Shown: positions 1 to 36,582 of the stretch, piece by piece
Position numbering within the stretch: the first letter of the stretch is position 1
How the letters are laid out: every line of letters starts with the position of its first letter
Source of the DNA: Podarcis pityusensis
Lineage: Eukaryota
DNA: 64,000 nucleotides
Direction: 5' to 3' (one strand)
Assembly: GCA_964106645.2 (NCBI GenBank)
Contig: OZ067039.1
The notes under the pieces: generated by a model
What the model saw: only the letters and a program-made list of their open reading frames with translations
The model's database searches: none
Told to the model about the DNA's origin: nothing
Translations under genes and position numbers: made by a program

Positions 1-621
1 TTTTCACGTGATGTTTCTGCCTTCAGGTTGAAAGTAAGATTAGAAGAAGCACCAACAATGATTTCCATTAAAATACTCAATGCATTCCTTCTAACACTCA
101 CTGATCCTCAATGTCCTCCAAATATTCCCAAACATGCATTTTACCAAAGCTTAATTTGCAGTATTCCACATTCCAGATATTTCCAATTGTATATTGTGAT
201 AAACCAAATCAATAATTATTTTTGCTGCGTATCTTCAGAAATGTCTTAATTTGCATAATAAATTCTTGCTGTGAAATGTTAAGCTTATCCACAACAAATT
301 TAGAACACTTTCATAGACTACTCTGGTACTTATCTTTCTGGGTACTTCATGTTTCTGGAAAACTGGGCAAACAATGAATTTGTAACTCGTTTTGTCCCAG
401 TGGAAACTGTCAATAAGTGCTCATAACCACACAGAAGCCGATTTCACATAGCACTGCTTCAATACATGTGCTAAGTTGGACTGCTGGGCAAATGCAATCA
501 CTCTGCATTAGGAACCTTTGTTTGGGAAAAGATATCTGGATCCCCCTCATCAACTGAGAAACAAATGTGCATTTACGGCACTATAAAATGATCATTTTCA
601 AACACCCTCAGGGAGACTTAC

Positions 622-4721
<4,100 letters not shown>

Positions 4722-5107
4722 GATTATAGATTGGCTGAAGGAATTAAAGAAGTTTAAGGTATAATTGCACCCACAGTATTTATGTGCTCAACGAAACTGA
4801 CAGTGATAACACCAGTATTTCTGACTATTGGTCGTGTTCCAACATTTACATTCTCCTTATTATGGTCCCACACTAAGAAAATATGCATTTGTGAATGTTA
4901 AAAGAGCAAGAGATTCTGGCCCTCCCCAGACTGATGTTGTATTGTGCATGTATTCTGTAACATCTTCTTGACAACGATAGTGAAATAGTGGTGGATTTAT
5001 TCTGCTTTAGTTTGTTCTGTGCAGTACTGTGCACCGTATTTAAGTATACTGGTTATTTGTATTGTAACCATTCATGCATGCTGAATTTAAAATGAAATGG
5101 TTCTTAC

Positions 5108-5725
5108 CTTCAGTCACTAAGAAGGCAGATTAAGATCTGAATCTTTTGAATGTGAACAGAAAGAAGTAAAGAAATTAATCCGAAAAATAGCATGGACTTG
5201 GTATATAGCTGAATTTCCTTGATATTTTAATCCAAAACAGTGAATTTGCAATAAAGGGCATAACTGAAAAAACTGCATTTTACAGCAAATCAAATTATTT
5301 ACTATTTCTTACTAATATTGCCACCTAGGAGCAAGAACACTTGTATTCAAATACAGACTTGTTCTTGCATTTATCCCCTACTATCAGTAATAAGCATACT
5401 TTTAAACAAATAAATTATTAATTATGAAACATATTATATATTTACTTTATCTGCATTTCTTTTGGCATGTTGGATTTTTTTAAAGTTTGCATCTGAGAAA
5501 TTTGGAACAATAATAAATCTGTAAAATGGCATTTATGGAAAGGCCAATAAATGTACATTCCTGCAACTGTAACCACAACTGTATTAATGCTATTGACACT
5601 CAGCATTATATTAGGATATCTGGAGAAGCAGTCACATAAAGCCTTGAACAAGGGCAAAAGTTCTGGCTTCCTTAGAACACAGCAAAGACTGTGACTTACC
5701 TTGAGATAGTGAACTAGTGAAGAAT
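5108..5725 (-). other. Gene A 5' non-coding exons 1 (~5700-5725) and 2 (5108-5136 or 5142)
   Basis: G|GTAAG donors at 5699 and 5107; CAG/AAG acceptor after a pyrimidine tract at 5137-5175; TATA box ~30 nt upstream of exon 1. Sarcomeric MYH genes have two short 5' non-coding exons. TSS is approximate. Confidence 0.7.
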
Positions 5726-5749
5726 CAAGGAGCCTTGGGCCTTACAGCC

Positions 5750-5911
5750 TTTATACACAGCCATCTGCCAACGCAGCATTCTAGGCCTCTATTTTTGGTG
5801 AATTAATAATTTATTCTTTAGTTGCAAATGTGTTGAAGACCTGATCTCACATGCTCTTTCTGTTAATTAAGGGAGGGACATGATTAGCTAAAGGTTACAA
5901 GGAGTCAGCTG
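5750..5911 (-). promoter_or_regulatory. Gene A proximal promoter
   Basis: TATAAA (minus) 5750-5755; E-box CATCTG 5762-5767; MEF2-like CTATTTTTGG 5789-5798 (one mismatch); further E-boxes at 5825-5830 and 5906-5911. Confidence 0.7.
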
Positions 5912-8084
5912 GTCAGAAATTTCTTTTCCTCCTCTGACATTATATCACCCACTGCCAGCTTCCATACCTAATGCAGAAAACTCTAGTCTAGAGGGTTGTG
6001 GTGATGTCTCAAATAGGGAAAAATCTGTATATTCCAATGGAACATCACTCAAGCAAGAAATGGCTTGTTAAGAGGTCCAAGGGAATTAATTTTCTTCATT
6101 CATATTAAATTAACAGTGTCTACTCAAAAGCAAGAGAGCAAATCAGTTCTCTAACCTTCTGAAATCCCTTCACCCACACAGATAGGAAGCTAGTTTACAA
6201 TTTTAGAATATGATCTTACAAACGTTTGAAACCAGTTTGCATTTTAAGCACATTATTAAGCTTGGTTAATACAACAGTAAATTGGGCTGGGTAGATATTA
6301 CCTCTCAGAATATTTTTGATTATTATTTTTTAAATAGAGATTTTAGAGAACTCCAAATCTGAAACTTCAAAGTAAAATGCGTAACATCAGAGGAATCAGC
6401 AGCCACATTCTTTCACAAACAAGTGTTACCTCTCCATTACTGTCAGCTGTCAGTTCATTTCCTCAAGGTTAAAGCAGTTCTTCAAGATTCCCCATTCTGA
6501 TTCCCTCAGAACTGTACAAGAGAAAGTCACTTCATGTCTAATGAAAAGAACCCTTCCGGACCTTGTTAAAACCATTATTGCACTCCTCCTTAGATACCAA
6601 TAAGCCCCAGAAGACATGATCATATTCCAAGCTAATAATAATATCTGGAGCCAATAGAAGAGCACAGAACTTATTTCCTTCTAAATATGCGTGGTTGTGG
6701 ATGAAGAGGCGGGTGTCACATACTGGCTGAATTCTCATAGAGTCATGTAAGATCCTAAGCAGGACCAATCTGACCTGTCACAATTTCACATGGGGATTGG
6801 GGGTGGCGGCTAATAAAATGGCCTGTAAGAAGCTCAACATCCTTAGGGAGGCTAAGAAGGATAGGGGCTGAGAATTGAATAGAAGCTGGAGAGTGAATAC
6901 GCCCTTTGCAAGGTCTGTGCCTATGTTTCTTTCTTTGTTTGTTTTAAACCAAAAACAGTGTGTGAGGAGCAACAATAGTGGCAATACCTTGATTGGCACA
7001 ACAAAAGTCTTAAATCTAGTCCTCTGTTAACAAAACAAAGGTCAAGCATCTGCAAGAAAAAGCATGCCACTTATAAAGAAGCTCAATACACAATAAGCCC
7101 CCTGTGGAATTTTGAACAAAAGGCTTGGCAGGTAATACTGTAGTCTGGAATGTTTTAGAGAAGGAGAGGTTTGAGTGCCTTTTCAGTTAGCCTTCTCTCT
7201 TAAGGCTGTGGCTTCCTCTTCCCGGATGGCACACAGCGGGTGGTGATAGGAACAGATCTGCTGCACCTCCCAACTGAGCTTGTCCTGAGTCTGCAGCAGG
7301 AGGTGGTCACTTCCCCATGCCTCATTGGTGGGCTGAGCCTACAGGCAACTACTGTGTGCCATCTAGTCATAGTGAAGTAACCTAGACTGCTGTGATGCTG
7401 GGAGATTCTCAGGGGTTCACACTGCCAGCAAAATGCTATATGCAATAATGTTTCGTTCTCATTCATTATTGCTGCACAATGCTGCTTTGCCAGATCAAAA
7501 ACTTATAGAACTTGAGTTAATTCAAGAGGTTCCAGACAGCTTAAAATTCCTGCTGCATTACGAATCCCCTAAGGAATTTTGTGGTGGCAGTGAAATTTGC
7601 TCTGATGTCTATTGGTCAGAGTAAAAGGCACATCACACACATACACACACATGCATCTCAAGCATTTGGGTCCTTTCTGCTACTCTTTAGTATGTTTCAG
7701 AATCATTGCTTAGACGTTGAAGAAAGCAGTGCTGCATTACCTCCTTAAGAGAACCTCCCTGGACCTGGAATTGTTAAATAACCATTGTCCTGTGGCCCTA
7801 CTCAAGAATGTGGCAGCAGTTCAGTTTCAGGAATGTTTGGAGGAAACTGAATATCAGGTCAATTTCAATTCAGCTTCAGGACCAGTCATGGCACTAAAAT
7901 TGTCCTAGTCATCCTGGTTGATGATATTTGTCAGGAGAGAGATGGGGGAGTCCAACCCTGCTCATTCTCCTTGAACGCTTGGCAGCTTTTGATGCTGTTG
8001 ACCATGATATCTTTTGGGATTGGCTCAGGAAAATGGGGGTTTAGGGCATTGTTCTTCCATGGTTTTGCTCCTATCTTTAGGACT

Positions 8085-8192
8085 TTTGTTGTTGTTGTTT
8101 AGTCGTTTAGTTGTGTCCGACTCTTTGTGACCCCATGGACCAGAGCACGCCAGGCACTCCTGTCTTCCACTGCCTCCCGCAGTTTAGTCAAA
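8085..8192 (-). mobile_element. 5'-truncated BovB/RTE-type retroposon 3' end with 12-bp TSD
   Basis: (CAA)n tail and ...GAGTCGGACAC.ACTAAACGACTAAAC terminus on minus; perfect flanking repeat ATCTTTAGGACT at 8073-8084 and 8193-8204. Family name is from recalled consensus. Confidence 0.8.
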
Positions 8193-8205
8193 ATCTTTAG
8201 GACTG

Positions 8206-8376
8206 CTTTCTGTCTATAAGACGCTCCCATGTATAAGATGCCCCCTATTTTGGAGGCCTCAAAATGAAGAAAATTGGGGGGGGGGGGAGATTGCTCCTGT
8301 GTATAAGACTACCCCCCCCTTTAACATTATTTTTTAGTAAAAAAATCCCTAATCTTATACACGGAAAAGTACGGTA
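8206..8376. mobile_element. Tc1/mariner-type MITE remnant
   Basis: Right end TCTTATACACGGAAAAGTACGG-TA is the inverse of a truncated left end CTTTCTGTCTATAAGA; internal GTATAAGA repeats. Confidence 0.55.
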
Positions 8377-9149
8377 ATTATGGGCCAGAGGATCACTGTA
8401 TGATATCATGGGAACTTTCCTGTGGTATTCTGAAGGGTTCCATCTTGGCCCTCATGCTATGTAACACCAGTATGAAACTACTGTGACTTTTGGAGTGAAG
8501 CTCTATCTCTCAGTTCCATCTGAATCAGGAGAGATGGCTGAGGTGCTAAACAAGTGTTTGGAAGCAGTGATGGGCTGGATGTGGGCCAACAAATTGAAGC
8601 TGAATTCTGAAAAGATAGATGTGTTCTCTTTTCCAACACTCCTAGATCCAACACTGTCACTAGAGGCTCAGGTGGTCTCAGTGGCAAGGAGTGCCTATTT
8701 CCAGTTCCAGCTGCATCTCATTGTGAACTTGAAATGACTTGGCAACTGTACTCCATGCTCTGATAAATTTCAAACTGAATTATTGCAATGTGCTTTACAT
8801 GGGGCTGCCCTTGAAGATGACTTTGGAAACGTCAACTGGTCCAAAATGCAGCTGCCAGTTTACTGACTGGGGTTCCCTTTAGATCTCCTATAACCCCTGT
8901 TTTTAAACAGCTGCATCGATTGCCACTGCATTTCAGGGCCCAATTAAAGTTGCTCCATTTAAATGATGTAGGCCCAAATATTTGAAACACCACTACCCTG
9001 TTTCCCAAAGACCCTATCGGATGCTGAGATCAGCAGAGAGTTCTGTCACTCTCAGAAGGTGTTAGTGGCCCAGGCTAGGTTGTTGAATCCATTATGGGAA
9101 ATACTATACCTGAGTTTATAACTTTCATACAACCTATTAAATATGTAGG

Positions 9150-9479
9150 CTCTCCCAGACCCCCCAAGTGCCCCTATTTTCCAGGGATGGCTCTGATTTA
9201 GAGAAGCCGTCCCAGTTTCTGATTTGATCCTGGAATGTCCCACTTTTCCTTAGGATGTCTCTACTTTCATTGGAGAAATATTGGAGGGTATGAAGTTATC
9301 TGACCCCCAAGCTGTCTGAGGGCAATCCTGTATTGGGAAGTTTTGTTTAATGTTTTATTATGTTTTTATATATGTTGGAAGCTGCCCAGAGTGGATGTGT
9401 GGAGTATAAATACTGTAGTAAAATTATCATTATGGAATGGGACGTTCCTATTTTCAGTGGAGAAATGTTGGACGGTATG
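9150..9479. mobile_element. Probable non-autonomous DNA element containing an L2-tail-like segment
   Basis: Internally duplicated GGAGAAAT.TTGGA.GGTATG terminus (~9272-9292 and ~9459-9479); the middle resembles the L2 3' tail seen elsewhere in the window. Confidence 0.45.
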
Positions 9480-11022
9480 CTCTCCATGTGGAAGAAAGAT
9501 GGCTTCTACCTTTTATCCGTTTGAATATACCCTGAATAACAAATTATATTTAGTTCCACCCCCATTTAACTGCCATGGCTTCCCCAAATTATCCTGGCAG
9601 CTGTAATTTAGTGAGACTGCCAAGAATTCTGTCAGGGATCTGTACCTTCAATCCAATCACTCCCACCCCCTCTGAACTGGTTTACCAGATTTCCTGTGGG
9701 AACAGAATGAGTAGTAAAACTGCAGTGTACTGTTCTTATGGCCGGGGCATCAGATCCTACACCGCTTTTTCGCAATAGTTTCCTCATTTAACATTGACTT
9801 TCTCTTCAACATAAGCCTAAGCAGTAAATTTTATGTGTTTCAACTGTTTGCCTTTGATACATTTTCCTAGGAAATTATCTGGAAGTGTCAGGCCTTGAAA
9901 ATCATATCTGGAGGCCTCTGTAGAGAGGAAGAGCCAGAAGGCCTGTCTAAACAAGAGCTGCATGGAGTAAAAGCAAATTCCTGTAAGAACTTATTAGAAC
10001 CAGCTGTCACTGGGTGGGTGGTCAGTCTGAGGAGAAATCTCTTTTGAGGGATCAGTTCCTCCAAATTTCTCTGTACTGTAGAATATTCACAGAGGATTTA
10101 TAATGTCCAACTGTTTTATTTGGTTCCATTAATTTCAATGGGCCTACTACACTAAGTAAAACTTATGTGCGTGCAACCCATTGCATAAATGAGCATGGAA
10201 CTAAGTAGGAAAGCTGGAGCAGTAGACAGAATAAACCACTGACACAGAGGACAAGAGCAGGGAACGGCCATCAGGAAGTACCCCAACAAACTGCAGAGAG
10301 ACACACAGAAAGAGGAATTTGAAGCGAGCTTGTTTAGTAAAGGGCGCCATTTGATATAAGCTCCGCTAGATTCTTTGGTCTGTGATTTCAATCTCTGAAA
10401 CACGCTGCCTTCCTTGGTCCGCCGCTGAACAGTGTTTTCCACAGCTATCTGTAAGTATTGTTCCTTTTAGGGGAAAGGTTGGTTCTTCTGTACCCAGGAA
10501 CAGATCATTGTTTTATCTAATGTCCCCCCCTTTTTTTGCAAAGCACTCTCCATAGCTTCCCTTCACCAGAGTTCCCCTTAAGAACCCTTAAATCTGTGTG
10601 GCTTGAGGAGACAGTCAGTTCCATGCTGCACATCCCATAATCTCATTCGGTTCTCCCTGCGTGGTTGTGTGTCCTGCAGTATAGGGTGTTGAATCACTCT
10701 CTAGCCTATGCTCTTGTAATTGTGGTGTGGGTAAAATGGGATGTTTCTCTAAAAAATAAATCATTTAAGTAAATTAGATGGAAATTTTCTGCACCAGCCC
10801 CTACACCTAGTTTTGTTGTGAAAGGAAGGTACAGTTTGTCCAGCACTCAACAGAAGTGTTTGGTTCCAGGGGTCCAGGCACAAAAAGGCAGAATAATGCA
10901 AATCAGAGGATGCTGACTGGGCTGTGGGAAGCCCGGGAAGCAAGGGAAAGCCACTGTGCTCAGGGTTGGGAAATAAATAAATGTAGACCAGGGAATGGTG
11001 GGTTTTCCCAGCTCTCCATTAT

Positions 11023-11096
11023 CATAGAACCATAAAATTGGAAGGCACCCTGAGGGTCATCTTAGTCCAACCCTCTGCAATGCAGGAATCTCAACC

Positions 11097-11139
<43 letters not shown>
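11023..11139 (-). mobile_element. CR1-type SINE/LINE tail fragment followed by (TAT)n
   Basis: GGAAGG.ACCCTGAGGGTCATC.TAGTCCAACCC matches the other SINE tails; TAT run 11097-11139. Confidence 0.7.
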
Positions 11140-12171
11140 TTAATGTAAAGTGAGAGTAAGTTGTATAGGTTTTGGCAAAGCTACGCCCTGCCCACCTCCC
11201 ACTCGGTTTTCTCTTACTATATATACTGCTGGACTGGTTGGACTTTAAATGTTCAAAAAATTACATTTTGGACATACAGTAAAACAAGTCCCGAATGAGA
11301 GCAGAAACTCCTGTCTGGGGTGCTAATTTGGGGTGGTGGTTGTTGTTTCGTTTGTTTCCTAAGCCAGAAGCTCAGGTAACACCTGTACACCAGGGATATA
11401 CGTTTTGTCAATTGCTGTTAACTGCAAGGGGCAGGTATAACCTCTGGGGCCCTGCTCATTGGCTTGCCATAAGTCCCTCATACTAGTTGGTCCCTAGAGA
11501 CGGGGCCTTTTCAATGGTGGCCACATACCCTTGGAACTCTATCCCAAAGAAATAGGTTTGCTCTGTTTTTAAATGGAAGTGAAAAATGTTTAAGTCTGCA
11601 TTCTGTAAGTTTGATTTTAAATTGTTTTAATCTGATGTTGCTTTGAATTATTTGAATTATTTCATTTGTGTTTTAAAATTTGAACTGTGGCTTTTAATAA
11701 TGTTTCATAAGCTTCTTTAGGAAAGCTTTGGCCTGAAAGGCAGCATATGAACATTGTAAACAAATGAAAAAATATCCAGTGATTCCTCTGAAACTCAGCT
11801 GCTGAGAGGCAACAAATAAAGGAGAACTACTGCATTTGATGTCTTTCTTGTTGACTTTGCAGAATCAATTGGTTGGCCACCATAGGAAATAGGATGCTAG
11901 ACTAGATGGGCTTTTAGGCTCTTCTTAAGTACAGTACTTGCATTTTAGTTTTGATAATCAGAAAACTGAGGCACAAAAAAAGAACAGCTATATGTGAATA
12001 GAATAACTACTACAGTCACAACTGACTACTTAATCTTAGTCTAAGTGCTCACTTAATCTTATTCACCACTTTGGAGACCCACCAGATGAGGAAAAGCTTG
12101 AGATAACACCAGGAGGGTGAGATTCACAAAAAGGATGGCACATTTTTATGTATGCAAAGGTTTCTACAGTC

Positions 12172-12177
12172 TTTATT
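12172..12177 (-). terminator. Gene B polyadenylation signal AATAAA
   Basis: TTTATT on + strand ~100 nt past the stop; same context as in gene C. Confidence 0.85.
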
Positions 12178-12280
12178 TCCTAGACACCGAGGACAGAACA
12201 AACAATAATTACACATCAAAGTGATGAAGAGCTTCACATTTTGTGTATTTCTTCAGTCACCTTGAAGTTTCTATACATGC

Positions 12281-33448
<21,168 letters not shown>

Positions 33449-34457
33449 GACTGCGGTTTATAGCACGCAGCTCAGCAAACAAAAAGCTGAAGGAAAGAAA
33501 AATATGAATCATGTAAAGAAAATGTGGACATACGTCCAATATACAACTTTTCCTTTGGTGTTACATCCTGTATTTCAGAGAGTTGGCAACATCCAGCTCC
33601 ATTAGCACTTAGAACCAAGGTCCTACTTTTCATATGGAATACCATATACTTGGCACCTATAGATTCTGAATCCTGAAATCTAGATATTTTCAGGTCTGTG
33701 GAATTTGTTCAGTCATCCATTACACCGGATTATATAAACTGCAGAAGCTGAAGGAACTGCCAGGGTCAAATTACCTTATTGGTAGGTAGGTAGGTTGGTT
33801 GGTTGGTTGGTTGGTTGATTTATTGTTTGCTTTGGTCATTTTTAATATTTTGTAAGCCACCCTAGGAATTGATACTGCAGTTGAAGGATACAGTATAAAT
33901 TATCACATAAATTCTTTTTTTTTTTGTAGCCAATAAGGAAGAAGATTAAAGTGACTAGACTGTGCTTATCAGAGCAAGGCTACTGTTTTCTTTCTTATGA
34001 TATGAGTTAGAATATAATATTATTTTGATTAAAAACAAAATTCAATGCCTATCTCCAGTTGGTTTTGTACTGTTTTTAAAACTATTTTAGTTTTTATGTC
34101 TTAAGATGCAAAAGGTGATTCATAAATATACAAATAATAATTGTTCTCTTTTTGTATCTTATATTTATAACTAGCCAAAGACTATCATTTTAGTTCAAGT
34201 GGTTTACACTTTACTGTTTTATCAGTGCACAATAGACTAAGGTGCCTCAAGACTGCTGTTTATTACAAGACAACTAACTATCCCTCTATAAAATCAGATA
34301 CTAGATTTCATCCCCTACAGACTCATCCAGATTGAGCTACTTCAGCCCGCTCTGTTAGGAACTTGAATGCTGGAATTGCAGGAGTTTGTAGCTTGAACTG
34401 TATTATTGTGTCCTTTCGTGTGCCAACAAGCAAGAAGTTCTGTCAAGCAGGATTAAC

Positions 34458-34641
34458 TTAGGAAGCTGCCTTATACCAAGTCAAACCATTGGTCCATCTA
34501 GGTCAGTATTGTCCATAGTATTGTCCATAGTATTGTCCAGGGTTTTAGATGGGACATTCCCAGTCCTACCCGGAGTTGTCAGATATCAAACTTGGGACCT
34601 TCTGTATGCAAAACAGATGCTCTACAACTGAGCTACAGCCC
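34458..34641 (-). mobile_element. tRNA-derived SINE of a second family
   Basis: Minus-strand head GGGCTGTAGCTCAGTTGTAGAGCATCTG.TTTGCATACAGAAGGTCCCAAGTTTGAT with A/B boxes; diverged relatives at ~2485-2615 and ~57520-57685. Confidence 0.7.
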
Positions 34642-35080
34642 TTCTACACTGCTACCTGTTATGTTTACAATTAAATTAGAAACCATACAACTTTCAGCAG
34701 GAATTGTGTACTCCCTGCACAGTAGAACCCCATGTCAAAATTATTCATACAGCCATATAGACTATGGCCTTTATACATACATGGCATGATGCAGACTGTG
34801 ATTCCCTACCATAGTGCATCCTTTCAGAATTTGACCCATGGGTTTGTGCTATGGCAGATGTTCTATTAGAGGGGATAGTAAAAGAATCAGTATATTCAAG
34901 GCCAGTTCCCAAAATTGACTTCCTCCTGCTAAGTGGAATGCTGCTTTATAACAAAATTTGATATAGCTATACATGTTCCATAAAGGTTGGGAGGAAGCAA
35001 TTAACCCACTGAAAAACATGCAGATCCTTTCCTACCATGTATCTGACTTTCCCCAGGGAATTAATAAATCAGTGTCTTAC

Positions 35081-35352
35081 CTTGTGTGGTATCAGGTGGA
35101 CTGTAAAGCAGGGTTGAGCTGCCCAATACTGTAAAATAAAAATGATAGATCCTTTATCAAAGGTCCAGTAATAAATTATAGAGTAGCAACTGATGGGCAG
35201 ATTTTAAATCCCTATTGACACAGGCTATCTGTGCTCAGAAATGTCAAATGCAGCAGGAATGTACTGGGATGTGAAGAATTCAGGGTGAGATTCTATTCCT
35301 TTTAAACTCGAGCTTCTCACACTCTTACCTTTAAGCTGTTGGTGCAAGGACA
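35081..35352 (-). other. Gene B 5' non-coding exons 1 (~35329-35352) and 2 (35081-35128)
   Basis: G|GTAAG donors at 35328 and 35080; acceptor TTTTTATTTTACAG ending at 35129; TATA box ~25-30 nt upstream of exon 1. Confidence 0.75.
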
Positions 35353-35375
35353 TGAGAGGCTGGTCCCAAGACTAC

Positions 35376-35575
35376 TTATATAGGAAGTGATTTGCATACA
35401 CAGCAGCCTCCTCTTCTTTCTTCGGTCAAAACCTTTTTGGCAGCCTTAACTCCCAGCAAGATTTCCATTCATATTTGACGCGAACAGATATAATTAGATC
35501 TTTCAGCTCCATGAATCAATCTAAAAATAAATTGACAAGAGGAGGGAAGAGTGGGTGGCAGCCTATATATTATGG
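35376..35575 (-). promoter_or_regulatory. Gene B proximal promoter
   Basis: TATATAA (minus) 35376-35382; octamer ATTTGCAT 35390-35397; CArG-like CCTTTTTGG 35432-35440 (only 5 A/T); consensus MEF2 site CTAAAAATAA 35521-35530. Confidence 0.75.
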
Positions 35576-36440
35576 TCTGATCCTGATACCAATTTTGTGT
35601 TCTGGTAGAGGAGAGAAATATATGCATCTGATGCTGTTAGGGTTCAGTGGGAGTGCAACATATTGCTCAAAGGAAACCCATATGCTTATGATAGAATGAA
35701 TGGCAGTAAATATGTTTTAACTGGTAAGGAGAGAAGAGGAGAAGGCTGGTGAGTGCATAGTGAAGCTGAAATAAATATTTGTAGTAATTTGAAATTTGCT
35801 AATTTTTCCAATTTTACTTTTTTCAAATTTCGATTAGGAAAATTCAAATTCATCTGAAGTATTGAAATGTCAGTACTTTAGTCAAATATGCTCTTTTTTG
35901 GCAAGCATCAAATATGAAATTTTGCAAGCTGTGAGCTATCAAACACCATCAAATAAACACCACTGTGTGTAATCTGTCATGTGCTGTCAGATACTGAATA
36001 CAGTTGCTTGCCAGACACCAAATACATATGTTAAGCACCATTGAATGTTAACTGTGAAATACTGTACTGTTATAGATTAAATGAGTGCTTTTTCCCCCTT
36101 AAAAAATGTTTAGGGATACTCTCATTTTGGCTGCTCCAGCAAGCATCTGGTTGCAAAAACACAGTTTATAAGGCTAGGAGACATACACAGGCTAGACATT
36201 TGCTAAATAACATAGCATGTTGCTAACTATCTTGTTTCTTCTTAAATAATTACAGCCATGGGGGAGCCTAGTGCTTACTGGGAAGGCAGAGCACACGTAG
36301 GGATACTTTTTCATTTCCACCATGATCAGAATAGAGACACACACTCTATATCACACACGCAACCCTGCACAGCTAGGAGCCTTGTGAAAGACTCTTTTCC
36401 TAAGAGTCCTAGCCAAACTTGGAGGGCTAATCTCAGTTTT

Positions 36441-36582
36441 CATAGAATCATATGGTTGGAAGGGACCCTGAGGCTCATCTAGTCCAACCCTCTGCCTTGC
36501 GGGAATCTTTTGCCCAACGCAGTGCTTGATCCCATGACTTTGAGATTAAGAGTCTCACGCTGTACCGACTGAGCTATCCCAG
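36441..36582 (-). mobile_element. tRNA-derived SINE with CR1-type tail
   Basis: Minus head GGGATAGCTCAGTCGGTACAGCGTGAGACTCTTAATCTCA (tRNA-Lys-like) joined to the CR1-type tail. Confidence 0.8.

Larger units (their letters stand above)
7700..9060 (+). mobile_element. Decayed L2-type LINE RT fragment with nested insertions
   Basis: Degenerate RT motifs (LLILL..AAFD.VDH near 7960-8005; WMWANKLKLN; LNYCN.L..GLP..QLVQNAA). Boundaries approximate. Confidence 0.7.

Noticed and set aside
8213-8225. ATAAGACG, resembling the 5' end of miR-208
   Set aside because: It lies in a MITE terminal repeat with no hairpin. MyomiRs 208/499 reside in MYH6/7/7B, and I saw no such precursor in these introns.
34506-34539. 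12-bp tandem triplication GTATTGTCCATA
   Set aside because: Local slippage inside a SINE; no sign of function.
36525-36582. tRNA-Lys-like sequence
   Set aside because: Degenerate T-arm and fused to a CR1-type tail, so it is a SINE head and not a tRNA gene.
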